Assembly (NCBI GenBank): GCA_017559505.1
Contig: JAFYSF010000025.1
Coordinates: 20,637-84,636 of the forward strand
DNA: 64,000 bases
From: Paludibacteraceae bacterium
GTDB lineage: Bacteria; Bacteroidota; Bacteroidia; Bacteroidales; Paludibacteraceae
Direction: 5' to 3'
A program made the translations under genes and the position numbers. Positions 55,938-64,000 of this stretch are shown here, piece by piece. Each line of letters begins with the position of its first letter. Positions within the stretch are counted from its first letter, which is position 1. The notes under the pieces were generated by a model. The model was not told where the DNA came from and did no database searches. It worked only from the letters and a program-made list of their open reading frames with translations.

Positions 55938-57614
55938 ATGAAAAAGCAATCATTAATTTTGACTTTAGCACTCGTTGTGCTTACTTTCTTTGGTTGTAAA
56001 CCTCCAAAAGAATTTATTGACAGTATTAAAGCTACTCCAAATCCAGCGGAGTATAAAGGTGGTAAAATTGAAGTAGTATTTGAAGGTAATTTTCCTAATA
56101 AATACTTTGGTAAAAAAATGACAATGCAAGTTGTTCCTGTATTAACAACTGCTGATGGTAAAGTTTATAAAGCTGAACCTGCAAATTATCAAGGTGAAAA
56201 AATTAAAGACAATAACGATGTAATTAAATACAAAGTTGGTGGTAAATATACACAAACTGCTGTATGGGATTATGTAGAAGGTATGGAAACAGGTGTTATC
56301 ACTCTTGAAGCTTCAGGTAAATATGGTAAAAAAGAGTATACACTTGATCCAATTAAAGTTATTGAAGGTGTTAATATTACACCTCTTTTGGTAACTGTAA
56401 AAGCTGGTACTGAGGATTTGAAACCTGCAATTGCAGCTGATAAATTCCAACGTATTATCGAAGAAACTACAGATGCTCAAATTAAATTCTTGGTTAACCA
56501 ATCAAATATTCGTGGTTCTGAAAAGAAAACAGAAGCTATTGTTAATTTGACAAAAGCTATTAAAGAAGCTAAAAAAGCTGAAAATAAAGAATTAAAATCA
56601 ATTGAAATTAGTTCATATGCTTCTCCAGAAGGTGAACTTGATTGGAATGAGAAACTTTCTAACCGTCGTGGTGAAGCTTCTTCAAAATATATCAACCGTG
56701 AGTTGAAAAAATTGAAAGCTTCTGTAAATATTGATTCTAAATTTACAGCTGAAGACTGGGATGGTTTCCAAAAATTAGTTGAAGCTTCTTCTATTGAAGA
56801 TAAAGCAGTTATTCTTCGTGTTCTTTCTATGTACACTGATCCACAACAACGTGAACAAGAAATTAAAAATATTGCTGTAGCTTATAAAGCAATTTCTGAA
56901 GAAATTCTTCCAGAACTTCGTCGTTCAAAAATGACTTTGACAGTTAATGTAATTGGTAAATCAGATGAAGAAATCAGTGCTCTTGTAAAAGAAAATCCAG
57001 CACAACTTAATGTAGAAGAACTTCTTTATGCTGCTACATTGGTAGCTGATAATGCAGCTAAAGCTGAAATTTATACTAAAGCAACTGAAATTTATGCTAA
57101 TGATTATCGTTCATTCAATAACCTTGGTATGGTTCTTTATGCACAAGGTAAATCTGAAGAAGCAGCTCGTTGCTTTGCTAAAGCATTAGAAATGGCTCCT
57201 AACTGTCCTAGCGTAAACTATAATAATGGTCTTATAGCTCTTTCTAAAAATGATGTAGCTAAAGCTGAAGAATTCTTCGGTAAAGCAGGTGGTGTAGGTA
57301 AAGATCTTGATTATGCAAATGGTGCAATTGCTATTTTGAAAGGTAACTATAAAAAAGCTGCTGAATTGTTTGGTGCTGCTGCAACTAACAATGCTGCTCT
57401 TGCAAATATCCTTAACAAAAATAATGGTGCTGCTCGTAAAGCATTGGAAAATGTTGCTACTCCAAATGCTATTACTGCTTATTTGAAAGCTATTGTTGCT
57501 GCTCGTACTAACAATGCAGCTGAATATGAAGCAAATATTGCTGAAGCTTCTAAATGTGCAAAACTTGCTGAACGTGCTAAAACAGATGTTGAATTTGTAA
57601 ATGTACGTAAATAA
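55938..57614 (+). CDS. lipoprotein with OmpA-like segment and C-terminal TPR repeats
   Basis: 558 aa with lipobox LTFFGC. SYASPEGELDWNEKLSNRRG is OmpA-like, followed by TPR-like repeats (NNLGMVLYAQGKSEEAARCFAKALEMAPN). Confidence 0.5.
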   Translation: MKKQSLILTLALVVLTFFGCKPPKEFIDSIKATPNPAEYKGGKIEVVFEGNFPNKYFGKKMTMQVVPVLTTADGKVYKAEPANYQGEKIKDNNDVIKYKVGGKYTQTAVWDYVEGMETGVITLEASGKYGKKEYTLDPIKVIEGVNITPLLVTVKAGTEDLKPAIAADKFQRIIEETTDAQIKFLVNQSNIRGSEKKTEAIVNLTKAIKEAKKAENKELKSIEISSYASPEGELDWNEKLSNRRGEASSKYINRELKKLKASVNIDSKFTAEDWDGFQKLVEASSIEDKAVILRVLSMYTDPQQREQEIKNIAVAYKAISEEILPELRRSKMTLTVNVIGKSDEEISALVKENPAQLNVEELLYAATLVADNAAKAEIYTKATEIYANDYRSFNNLGMVLYAQGKSEEAARCFAKALEMAPNCPSVNYNNGLIALSKNDVAKAEEFFGKAGGVGKDLDYANGAIAILKGNYKKAAELFGAAATNNAALANILNKNNGAARKALENVATPNAITAYLKAIVAARTNNAAEYEANIAEASKCAKLAERAKTDVEFVNVRK

Positions 57615-57631
57615 TAAAAAATAAATTAAAT

Positions 57632-57667
57632 AAAAAAGGTTGACTTTTTTAAGTCAACCTTTTTTTA
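57632..57667. terminator. bidirectional terminator between convergent genes
   Basis: 9-bp stem ggttgactt/aagtcaacc with a 4-nt loop, flanked by an A-run and a T-run. Confidence 0.75.
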
Positions 57668-58660
57668 TTTCCAATGTGGATTATTTTTTTTGTAAAATAA
57701 TATTGATATTATTATTGTTAATATGTATAGAGGATAGAATAATGACATTAAAGGGAAGAATATTGGATAGTATTTTAATATTTTATGTTGTTTATATTTA
57801 AATAGATAAGGCAACATTATTATATTTTCAATAATGAAAATTATTAAAAATATAGGAAGTATAAAATGAGGAATGAGAAATATGAATATTAGTAATAAAA
57901 TATTGATGATTGCAACTGAAAAAGCAACTAATATTGTTGTAAAATCTTTATAATTTATTGATTTAGATGCCCAACGAGTGCGTTGGATGATGAATTTTTT
58001 AAATGAATTTGTGCCTTTAGTTTTAATTATATAGTTGCTATCATATAGATAATTTATTTTTGCCTTGCTTTTTTTGAGTGCATGTAACATAAACATATCA
58101 TCACCTGAAGCAATATTTTTGTTTATTTTGTCTATATACTGGATATATATATTGCGCTTTATAATTAAATTAGCACCATTACACATAATAGGATTATTGA
58201 GTAGGGCTGTGTAAGCAGTAATTGCTTGAAGAGAAGAAAATTCTATTTTTTCTATTATATTAAAAATACCTTTTTCATCAATAATATCTACAGCGCCAAG
58301 TAGCATATCACTATTATTTTTATTGAGATATTGTAGTGCTAATTCACAATGATTATTATTTAAGCAACAATCGGCATCGGTAAATATTAGATATTTAGAT
58401 GTTGCTATTTTAGCTGCTTCTATTAGTGCTGATTTTTTACCTTTACCACTATTTTTAATTACCTTTATTTTATTATATTTTTTTGAATAATTTATTAAAA
58501 AATTGTAGGTTTCATCGGTAGAATTGTCATCAACAAATATAACTTCATCTGGCTTGAATGTTTGGTTTTTTATAGATTCAAGCAAGTTAGTAAGATTGCT
58601 TATTTCATTGCGACAAGCAATTATAATTGAAAGTTGAGAATTGAGAGTTGAAAATTGCAT
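57665..58660 (-). CDS. glycosyltransferase family 2 with C-terminal TM helices
   Basis: 331 aa with IIIACRNE...VIFVDDNSTDET and TDADC. The N-terminal MQFSTLNSQLS is encoded by a heptamer array. Confidence 0.75.
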   Translation of the reverse strand: MQFSTLNSQLSIIIACRNEISNLTNLLESIKNQTFKPDEVIFVDDNSTDETYNFLINYSKKYNKIKVIKNSGKGKKSALIEAAKIATSKYLIFTDADCCLNNNHCELALQYLNKNNSDMLLGAVDIIDEKGIFNIIEKIEFSSLQAITAYTALLNNPIMCNGANLIIKRNIYIQYIDKINKNIASGDDMFMLHALKKSKAKINYLYDSNYIIKTKGTNSFKKFIIQRTRWASKSINYKDFTTILVAFSVAIINILLLIFIFLIPHFILPIFLIIFIIENIIMLPYLFKYKQHKILKYYPIFFPLMSLFYPLYILTIIISILFYKKNNPHWK

Positions 58661-58661
58661 G
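58627..58661. repeat. tandem heptamer array TTGARAR x5 at the GT2 5' end
   Basis: ttgaaag ttgagaa ttgagag ttgaaaa ttgcatg. Confidence 0.85.
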
Positions 58662-58694
58662 ATATATGTTCTTATAGAAGCTATAAATGAAAAG

Positions 58695-58702
58695 CAAAGA
58701 TA
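58695..58702 (-). promoter_or_regulatory. candidate -7 box (TATCTTTG on minus strand) for the GT2 gene
   Basis: Plus-strand CAAAGATA, 35 nt upstream of the start at 58660. Confidence 0.45.
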
Positions 58703-58745
58703 ATATATTTTTTTTATATGAGATTGTTATATGCTAATTTTTTAG

Positions 58746-58753
58746 TAAATTTG
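58746..58753 (+). promoter_or_regulatory. candidate -7 box TAAATTTG for recG (would give a near-leaderless mRNA)
   Basis: Only 8 nt upstream of the ATG at 58761. Confidence 0.3.
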
Positions 58754-58760
58754 CACTGTT

Positions 58761-60857
58761 ATGTTAACTCTTGATACTCCTATAGAATATCTATTGGGTG
58801 TTGGTCCTAAACGGGCTGATACTTTGATAGTTGAACTTGGCATTCGTTGTGTCGAGGATTTGGTTACGCATTATCCTTATAAATACATAGATAGAAGTAA
58901 ATTTTATACTGTTAGAGAGTGTACAGAAGATTTGGCATACGTGCAATTGAAGGGTAGAATATTGCAATTTGAGATGAAAGGAGAAGGTCGTGCGAGGAGG
59001 TTGACAGCTACTTTTGCCGATGGAACGGGGTTTATAGAGTTAGTTTGGTTTAAGGGTTGGAAATATGTGGAGGAGAAATTGCGTGTAAATGTTGATTATA
59101 TTATTTTTGGTAAGCCATCAAAATTTGGTGAGAGATTGAATATTGCTCATCCAGAAATAGAGGAATATAGTGAAAAGAATTTAGAAAAAAACAGTGGTCT
59201 TCAAGGGCATTATAATACATCTGAGAAGATGAAAACACGATTTCTTAATTCGGCTGGGATACGTAAATTGATGTACACTGTTTTTAGTGATAGAGAATTT
59301 TATATACCTGAGAATTTACCCGATGAAATCGTTAAAAATTTTGGTTTAATGTCGCGTAGTGATGCTATGCGTCAGGCACATTTTCCACAGAATTTTGATT
59401 TGTTGCGCCGTGCTCAAGCTCGATTGAAATTTGAAGAGTTGTTTTATATTCAACTTTCTATTATGCGACAGAGTAAGTTGCGTGAAATGAAGTATCAAGG
59501 GTTTGTATTTGATAAAGTAGGGGAGTATTTTAATCGATTTTATCGAGAATGTTTGCCATTTGAATTGACTGATGCACAAAAACGAGTGATACGTGAGATA
59601 CGCACTGATATGAATACAGGTAGGCAGATGAATCGTTTGTTGCAGGGTGATGTGGGTAGTGGAAAGACTATGGTGGCGTTGATGACTTCGTTGATAGCAT
59701 TAGATAATGGTTATCAGGCATGTATAATGGCTCCAACAGAGATTTTGGCAACGCAACATTATCAGAGTATATCAGAACAGGTGAAGTCGTTGGGTGTTAG
59801 TGTGAGATTGTTGACGGGTAGTACGCGTAAGAAAGAGCGTGAAGAGATTGATGAGGGGTTGCGAGATGGTACGTTGCAGATAGTGATTGGCACACATGCA
59901 TTGATTGAAGATAGTGTGCAATTTAAGAATCTTGGTTATGTAGTTATAGATGAGCAACATAGATTTGGAGTAGCGCAGAGGGCTAAGTTGTGGACAAAGA
60001 ATATACGTCCGCCTCATGTGTTGGTTATGACTGCTACGCCTATACCGCGTACGTTGGCAATGACTATATATGGCGATTTGGAGGTTAGTGTTATAGACCA
60101 ATTGCCTCCAGGAAGAAAACCTATTGCTACGTATCATTATTTTGATAATAAGCGCGCTGCATTGAATGGATTTTTGGCGCGTGAGATAGAAAAGGGGCGT
60201 CAAGTGTATGTTGTGTATCCTTTAATTCAAGAGAGTGAGAAGTTGGATTTGAAGGATTTGGAGCAGGGGTATCAGGCGATGGTGGAGACTTTTCCTAAAT
60301 ACAATATAGTGATGGTGCATGGGAAGATGAAACCTGCGTATAAAGATGCTGCTATGCAAAGGTTTGCATCGGGTGAGGCGCAAATAATGGTGGCTACTAC
60401 GGTGATTGAGGTGGGGGTGAATGTGCCTAATGCGAGTGTTATGGTGATAGAGAGTGCTGAGAGGTTTGGACTTAGTCAGTTGCATCAGTTGCGCGGGCGA
60501 GTTGGTCGTGGTGCAGATCAGAGTTATTGCATCTTGATGTCGAAATATGAATTGGCTAATGATACGCGTAAGCGATTGCAAATAATGTGCGATTCCACCG
60601 ATGGTTTTGTGATTGCTGAAGCAGATTTGAATCTTCGTGGGCCGGGTGATATTGATGGTTTGCAACAGAGTGGTTTGCCGTTTGATTTGAAAATAGCTAA
60701 TTTGGCTACTGATGGGCGTTTGTTGCAGACGGCTCGTTCGGTGGTTAAGGAGTTGTTGGAGCGTGATCCGGAATTGAATTTACCGGAACATAGTGTGTTG
60801 TTGAGGCAGTTGAGTAGATTGCAGAAAGGAAATATTAATTGGGGATCTATTTCTTAA
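58761..60857 (+). CDS. recG: ATP-dependent DNA helicase RecG
   Basis: 698 aa with a wedge domain, GDVGSGKT, DEQHRFGV and QLHQLRGRVGRG. Confidence 0.95.
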   Translation: MLTLDTPIEYLLGVGPKRADTLIVELGIRCVEDLVTHYPYKYIDRSKFYTVRECTEDLAYVQLKGRILQFEMKGEGRARRLTATFADGTGFIELVWFKGWKYVEEKLRVNVDYIIFGKPSKFGERLNIAHPEIEEYSEKNLEKNSGLQGHYNTSEKMKTRFLNSAGIRKLMYTVFSDREFYIPENLPDEIVKNFGLMSRSDAMRQAHFPQNFDLLRRAQARLKFEELFYIQLSIMRQSKLREMKYQGFVFDKVGEYFNRFYRECLPFELTDAQKRVIREIRTDMNTGRQMNRLLQGDVGSGKTMVALMTSLIALDNGYQACIMAPTEILATQHYQSISEQVKSLGVSVRLLTGSTRKKEREEIDEGLRDGTLQIVIGTHALIEDSVQFKNLGYVVIDEQHRFGVAQRAKLWTKNIRPPHVLVMTATPIPRTLAMTIYGDLEVSVIDQLPPGRKPIATYHYFDNKRAALNGFLAREIEKGRQVYVVYPLIQESEKLDLKDLEQGYQAMVETFPKYNIVMVHGKMKPAYKDAAMQRFASGEAQIMVATTVIEVGVNVPNASVMVIESAERFGLSQLHQLRGRVGRGADQSYCILMSKYELANDTRKRLQIMCDSTDGFVIAEADLNLRGPGDIDGLQQSGLPFDLKIANLATDGRLLQTARSVVKELLERDPELNLPEHSVLLRQLSRLQKGNINWGSIS

Positions 60858-60874
60858 TTGTATAAAAATGGTAT

Positions 60875-60908
60875 AAAAAAAAGAGGCTTATGAGCCTCTT
60901 TTTTTTAT
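60875..60908. terminator. bidirectional terminator between convergent genes
   Basis: Stem gaggct/agcctc with a 4-nt loop, flanked by A8 and T8 runs. Confidence 0.7.
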
Positions 60909-62035
60909 TTGTTATATCCGAAGATGTCTACTTCGATGATGTAGTTGGCTACGCCTTCGCCGTGAAGGTCGTTGACTTTAGAGTTGAAACGGTCGAGGTC
61001 GAAGTCGATAGTGAGGTTGCCGTCTTTAGGGAGATTGTGGATTTCGAGCCAATCTACTTTGAGAGGTAGGCCTGGTCCCCAGTTGGCACGGTCGTATTTG
61101 TAGGTGCCGGCTTGTTTGTAGGTGCTATCGTTTTCGTAGAAGATGTAGCCTTCATAGGTTTGTTTGCCATTGAGGATTACGCGGTAGAAGTTTTCGTCGA
61201 ATTCTGCTGCGTTGTTTGCGCGTTTGCCTTTGCCTGTTGTGCCACGGTCAGGGAATACGCCACGGTCGGCACCGTGTCCGCTGATGCTGACTTTCATGAG
61301 AAGTGATTTAACTTCTTGAGGTAGTTGTACGTTACGAATGCCTAAGCGTTCGATGTCTTCGATGTCGTTGCTACCGAGTGAGTCGGGAGATACGCCATAC
61401 GCCCATGAGCGATAGCCAATGTTGCTTGATGCGCGTGAGTCGTAGATTTTTTTGTAGAATATTGTTTCTTTGTCTTTTTTGCCTTCGTAGAAGTCGAATG
61501 TGAGTGTGACGGTGTGTGCTTTTTTGTCAGTTGCATCCCAGCCACCGTAGTAGATGTGGAATTCTACTTCGCCATTGAGCATTGGGAGGTATTCGGTGAT
61601 GTCCATGTAGTAGAGTTTTTCCCAATTGATGTCGAAATAGCCACCGTAAGGGGTGAATGCGCGTACGAGTTCGTAGAATTCGCCTGTGTGTGGGTTTTTG
61701 AGCATAATCATTGTGGTCATATCCCAATCAGCAGGTCCTTCGTTCCAACCTCCCATGCGATATGTGAGGATAGCGCGGTTGTATTGGTCGGTGGTTTCAG
61801 GGAATTTGACAGTGATTACAGAGTCTTCGTCGAGTCCCCAGCCGTAGAAATGGAGGCGTACGGCATCGGTTTTGACAGAGAAATCAGCTTCGGTGCCAGC
61901 CATGGGGTGTTCGTTGTACCATGCTGGGCGAGTGCTTTCGCGTGTGTAACATTTGTCGTTAGGAATTTCGGGATTGCATCCTACGAAAATAGCAGTTAGA
62001 ATTGCTAATGTGAATAGTTGTCTGAGTGTTTTCAT
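60905..62035 (-). CDS. lipoprotein, possibly peptide-N-glycosidase F-related
   Basis: 376 aa with lipobox IFVGC. ISGHGAD...NNAAEF...ILNGKQ resembles the PNGase F C-terminal domain pattern. This rests on recollection only and is not verified. Confidence 0.35.
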   Translation of the reverse strand: MKTLRQLFTLAILTAIFVGCNPEIPNDKCYTRESTRPAWYNEHPMAGTEADFSVKTDAVRLHFYGWGLDEDSVITVKFPETTDQYNRAILTYRMGGWNEGPADWDMTTMIMLKNPHTGEFYELVRAFTPYGGYFDINWEKLYYMDITEYLPMLNGEVEFHIYYGGWDATDKKAHTVTLTFDFYEGKKDKETIFYKKIYDSRASSNIGYRSWAYGVSPDSLGSNDIEDIERLGIRNVQLPQEVKSLLMKVSISGHGADRGVFPDRGTTGKGKRANNAAEFDENFYRVILNGKQTYEGYIFYENDSTYKQAGTYKYDRANWGPGLPLKVDWLEIHNLPKDGNLTIDFDLDRFNSKVNDLHGEGVANYIIEVDIFGYNK

Positions 62036-62087
62036 AGATTTTATTTGTTTAATTGTGTGTTAATTATTCGTTCAATTGTTTGGAATG

Positions 62088-62095
62088 CAAAGATA
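62088..62095 (-). promoter_or_regulatory. candidate -7 box (TATCTTTG on minus strand)
   Basis: Plus-strand CAAAGATA, 53 nt upstream of the start at 62035. Confidence 0.45.
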
Positions 62096-62149
62096 ATAAA
62101 AATTTGTAATATAGGGGCGAGTGTGTGTGTTTATTTTTTGCAGATAAGG

Positions 62150-62215
62150 TTATAGTATATTTATAGTATGTTTATAGTATATTTATCCTATATTTATGGT
62201 ATATTTATAGTATAT
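62150..62215. repeat. 6 x 11-bp tandem array (TTATAGTATAT family), module copy B
   Basis: ttatagtatat ttatagtatgt ttatagtatat ttatcctatat ttatggtatat ttatagtatat. Confidence 0.9.
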
Positions 62216-62299
62216 TGAAGGTAAGGAGAGGTTAGGGAGCAGGGAGTAGGAAATAAGGAGTAGGGAGCAGGGAGTTGAAGTGAGAGTTGAGGGATTTGT
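62216..62299. repeat. purine/G-rich tail made of 12 in-phase heptamers
   Basis: tgaaggt aaggaga ggttagg gagcagg gagtagg aaataag gagtagg gagcagg gagttga agtgaga gttgagg gatttgt. Confidence 0.8.
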
Positions 62300-62363
62300 A
62301 ATGGAAATGGATTTTATAAATTTGTTTTTTTGTTGTTTTATTGTAAGAGTTGTAATTTTTTAG

Positions 62364-62371
62364 TAACTTTG
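62364..62371 (+). promoter_or_regulatory. candidate -7 box TAACTTTG for metG
   Basis: 40 nt upstream of the ATG at 62411. Confidence 0.5.
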
Positions 62372-62410
62372 CAGTTTGATAGAAAAATAATCAGAAAACA
62401 AATAAAAAGA

Positions 62411-64000
62411 TATGAAAGATTTTAAACGTACGTTGGTTACTACGGCATTGCCGTATGCAAATGGTCCGGTGCATATTGGTCACTTGGCAGGTGTGTATGT
62501 CCCAGCAGATATTTATGTTAGATATTTGCGATTGAAGGGTGAAGAGGTGTTGTTTATTGGTGGTTCGGATGAGCACGGGGTGCCTATCACAATCAAGGCT
62601 AAGAAAGAGGGTGTTACGCCTCAAGATATTGTTGACCGTTATCATGGTATTATTAAAAAATCGTTTGAGGAGTTGGGTATTTCGTTTGATATTTATTCTC
62701 GTACTACTTCGAAGATTCACTATGAGACTGCGGCTGAATATTTCAAGAATTTGTATGAGAAAGGTGAGTTTGTGGAGAAAACTTCGGAACAATATTATGA
62801 TGAAGAGGCTGGTCAATTCTTGGCAGACCGCTATATTACAGGTACTTGCCCTCATTGTAAGAATCCTAATGCATACGGTGACCAATGTGAGGCTTGCGGT
62901 ACGAGCTTGAGTCCGCTTGATTTGATTGATCCAAAATCGGCTATTTCGGGTTCGAAACCTGTGTTGCGTGAAACAAAACACTGGTATTTGCCATTGGATA
63001 AACATGAAGAGTGGCTTCGTCAGTGGATTTTGGAAGACCACAAGGAGTGGAAGACTAATGTGTATGGTCAATGTAAGTCGTGGATTGACATGGGCTTGCA
63101 ACCACGTGCGGTGAGTCGTGACTTGGATTGGGGTGTGCCAGTGCCAGTGGAGGGAGCTGATGGTAAGGTGTTGTATGTGTGGTGTGATGCGCCAATTGGT
63201 TATATATCAAATACTAAGGAGTTGTTGCCAAACGATTGGGAAAAATGGTGGAAAGATCAATCTACTCGTATGCTTCACTTTATTGGTAAAGATAATATTG
63301 TGTTCCACTGCATTGTGTTCCCAGCGATGTTGAAAGCTGATGGTTCTTATATTTTGCCAGACAATGTGCCTGCAAATGAGTTCCTTAACCTTGAAGGTGA
63401 CAAGATTTCTACTTCACGTAACTGGGCTGTTTGGTTGCACGAATATTTGGTGGAATTCCCAGGTAAACAGGATGTGTTGCGCTATGTGTTGACAGCTAAT
63501 GCGCCTGAGACTAAGGATAATGACTTCACATGGAAAGATTTCCAAACAAGAAATAATAGCGAGTTGGTGGCTATCTTTGGTAACTTTATCAATCGCGCTT
63601 TGGTGTTGACTCACAAATATTTTGACGGTGTGGTGCCTGCTTTGGGCGAATTGACTGACTATGACCGCGAAACATTGAAAGAGTTTGCTGATGTTAAAGC
63701 TGATGTAGAGTCGTACCTTGATAACTTCCGTTTCCGCGATGCACAGAAAGAGGCTATGAACTTGGCACGTATTGGTAATAAATATCTTGCTGATACAGAG
63801 CCTTGGAAGTTGGCTAAAACAGATATGGAGCGTACGGCTACTATCTTGCATATTGGATTGCAAATTGCGGCTAACTTGGCTATTGCATTCGAGCCATTCT
63901 TGCCATTCTCGGCTAAAAAATTGCGTGATATGTTGGGTATGGAGTCGTTTGCATGGAACGATCTTGGTAGCATCGAACTCTTGAAAGAGGGTGCAAAACT
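62411..64000 (+). CDS. metG: methionine--tRNA ligase, N-terminal 530 codons (runs off window end)
   Basis: Absent from the ORF track (no stop in window). Hand translation gives [60 protein letters not shown], including the HIGH motif. Confidence 0.95.

Noticed and set aside
62391-63101. A 236-aa minus-strand ORF, plus several 60-150-aa ORFs between 62.4 and 64.0 kb.
   Set aside because: All overlap the metG frame that starts at 62411 (HIGH motif, open to the window end). The track omits metG only because it has no stop codon in the window.

Overview
A 64-kb chromosomal window from a Bacteroidota (Bacteroidales-type) genome. Lineage cues are TAnnTTTG -7 promoter boxes, a T9SS C-terminal sorting domain, a DUF5683 gene after parB, and the Na+-NQR operon. 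I call 54 protein-coding genes, two of them truncated at the window edges. Most are housekeeping: pta, sufE, aroA, lgt, dusB, lpxH, nqrABCDEF, rnr, dtd, deoC, dprA, a recQ-family helicase, tpiA, parAB, ribF, uvrC, apt, mnmG, recG and metG. I found no rRNA, tRNA, CRISPR array, transposase or integrase.

Three AT-rich accessory segments stand out:
- A C10 cysteine-protease locus (17.5-21.5 kb).
- A three-module island after tpiA (36.7-40.4 kb). It holds DUF3791-DUF3990-DUF3791, an AAA_14/DUF4143 ATPase-nuclease, and an HExxH protein. Nearly identical terminator+promoter cassettes separate the modules.
- A radical-SAM/SPASM, OmpA-TPR lipoprotein and GT2 segment (54.4-58.7 kb).

The most unusual signal is non-coding. 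Most gene junctions in the backbone, including all four nqr intercistronic spacers, are built from in-phase tandem heptamer blocks (typically 4-5 copies, 28-35 bp). These blocks sometimes run into ORFs.

Other repeat families and sites:
- Two paralogous modules in divergent promoter regions, each with 6 x 11-bp tandem repeats and a G-rich tail.
- A repeat family sharing a ~50-bp core (four copies; the two full ~105-bp copies carry terminal direct repeats).
- A near-consensus parS palindrome beside mnmG.

Functional calls rest on motif recognition by eye. No database search was run.
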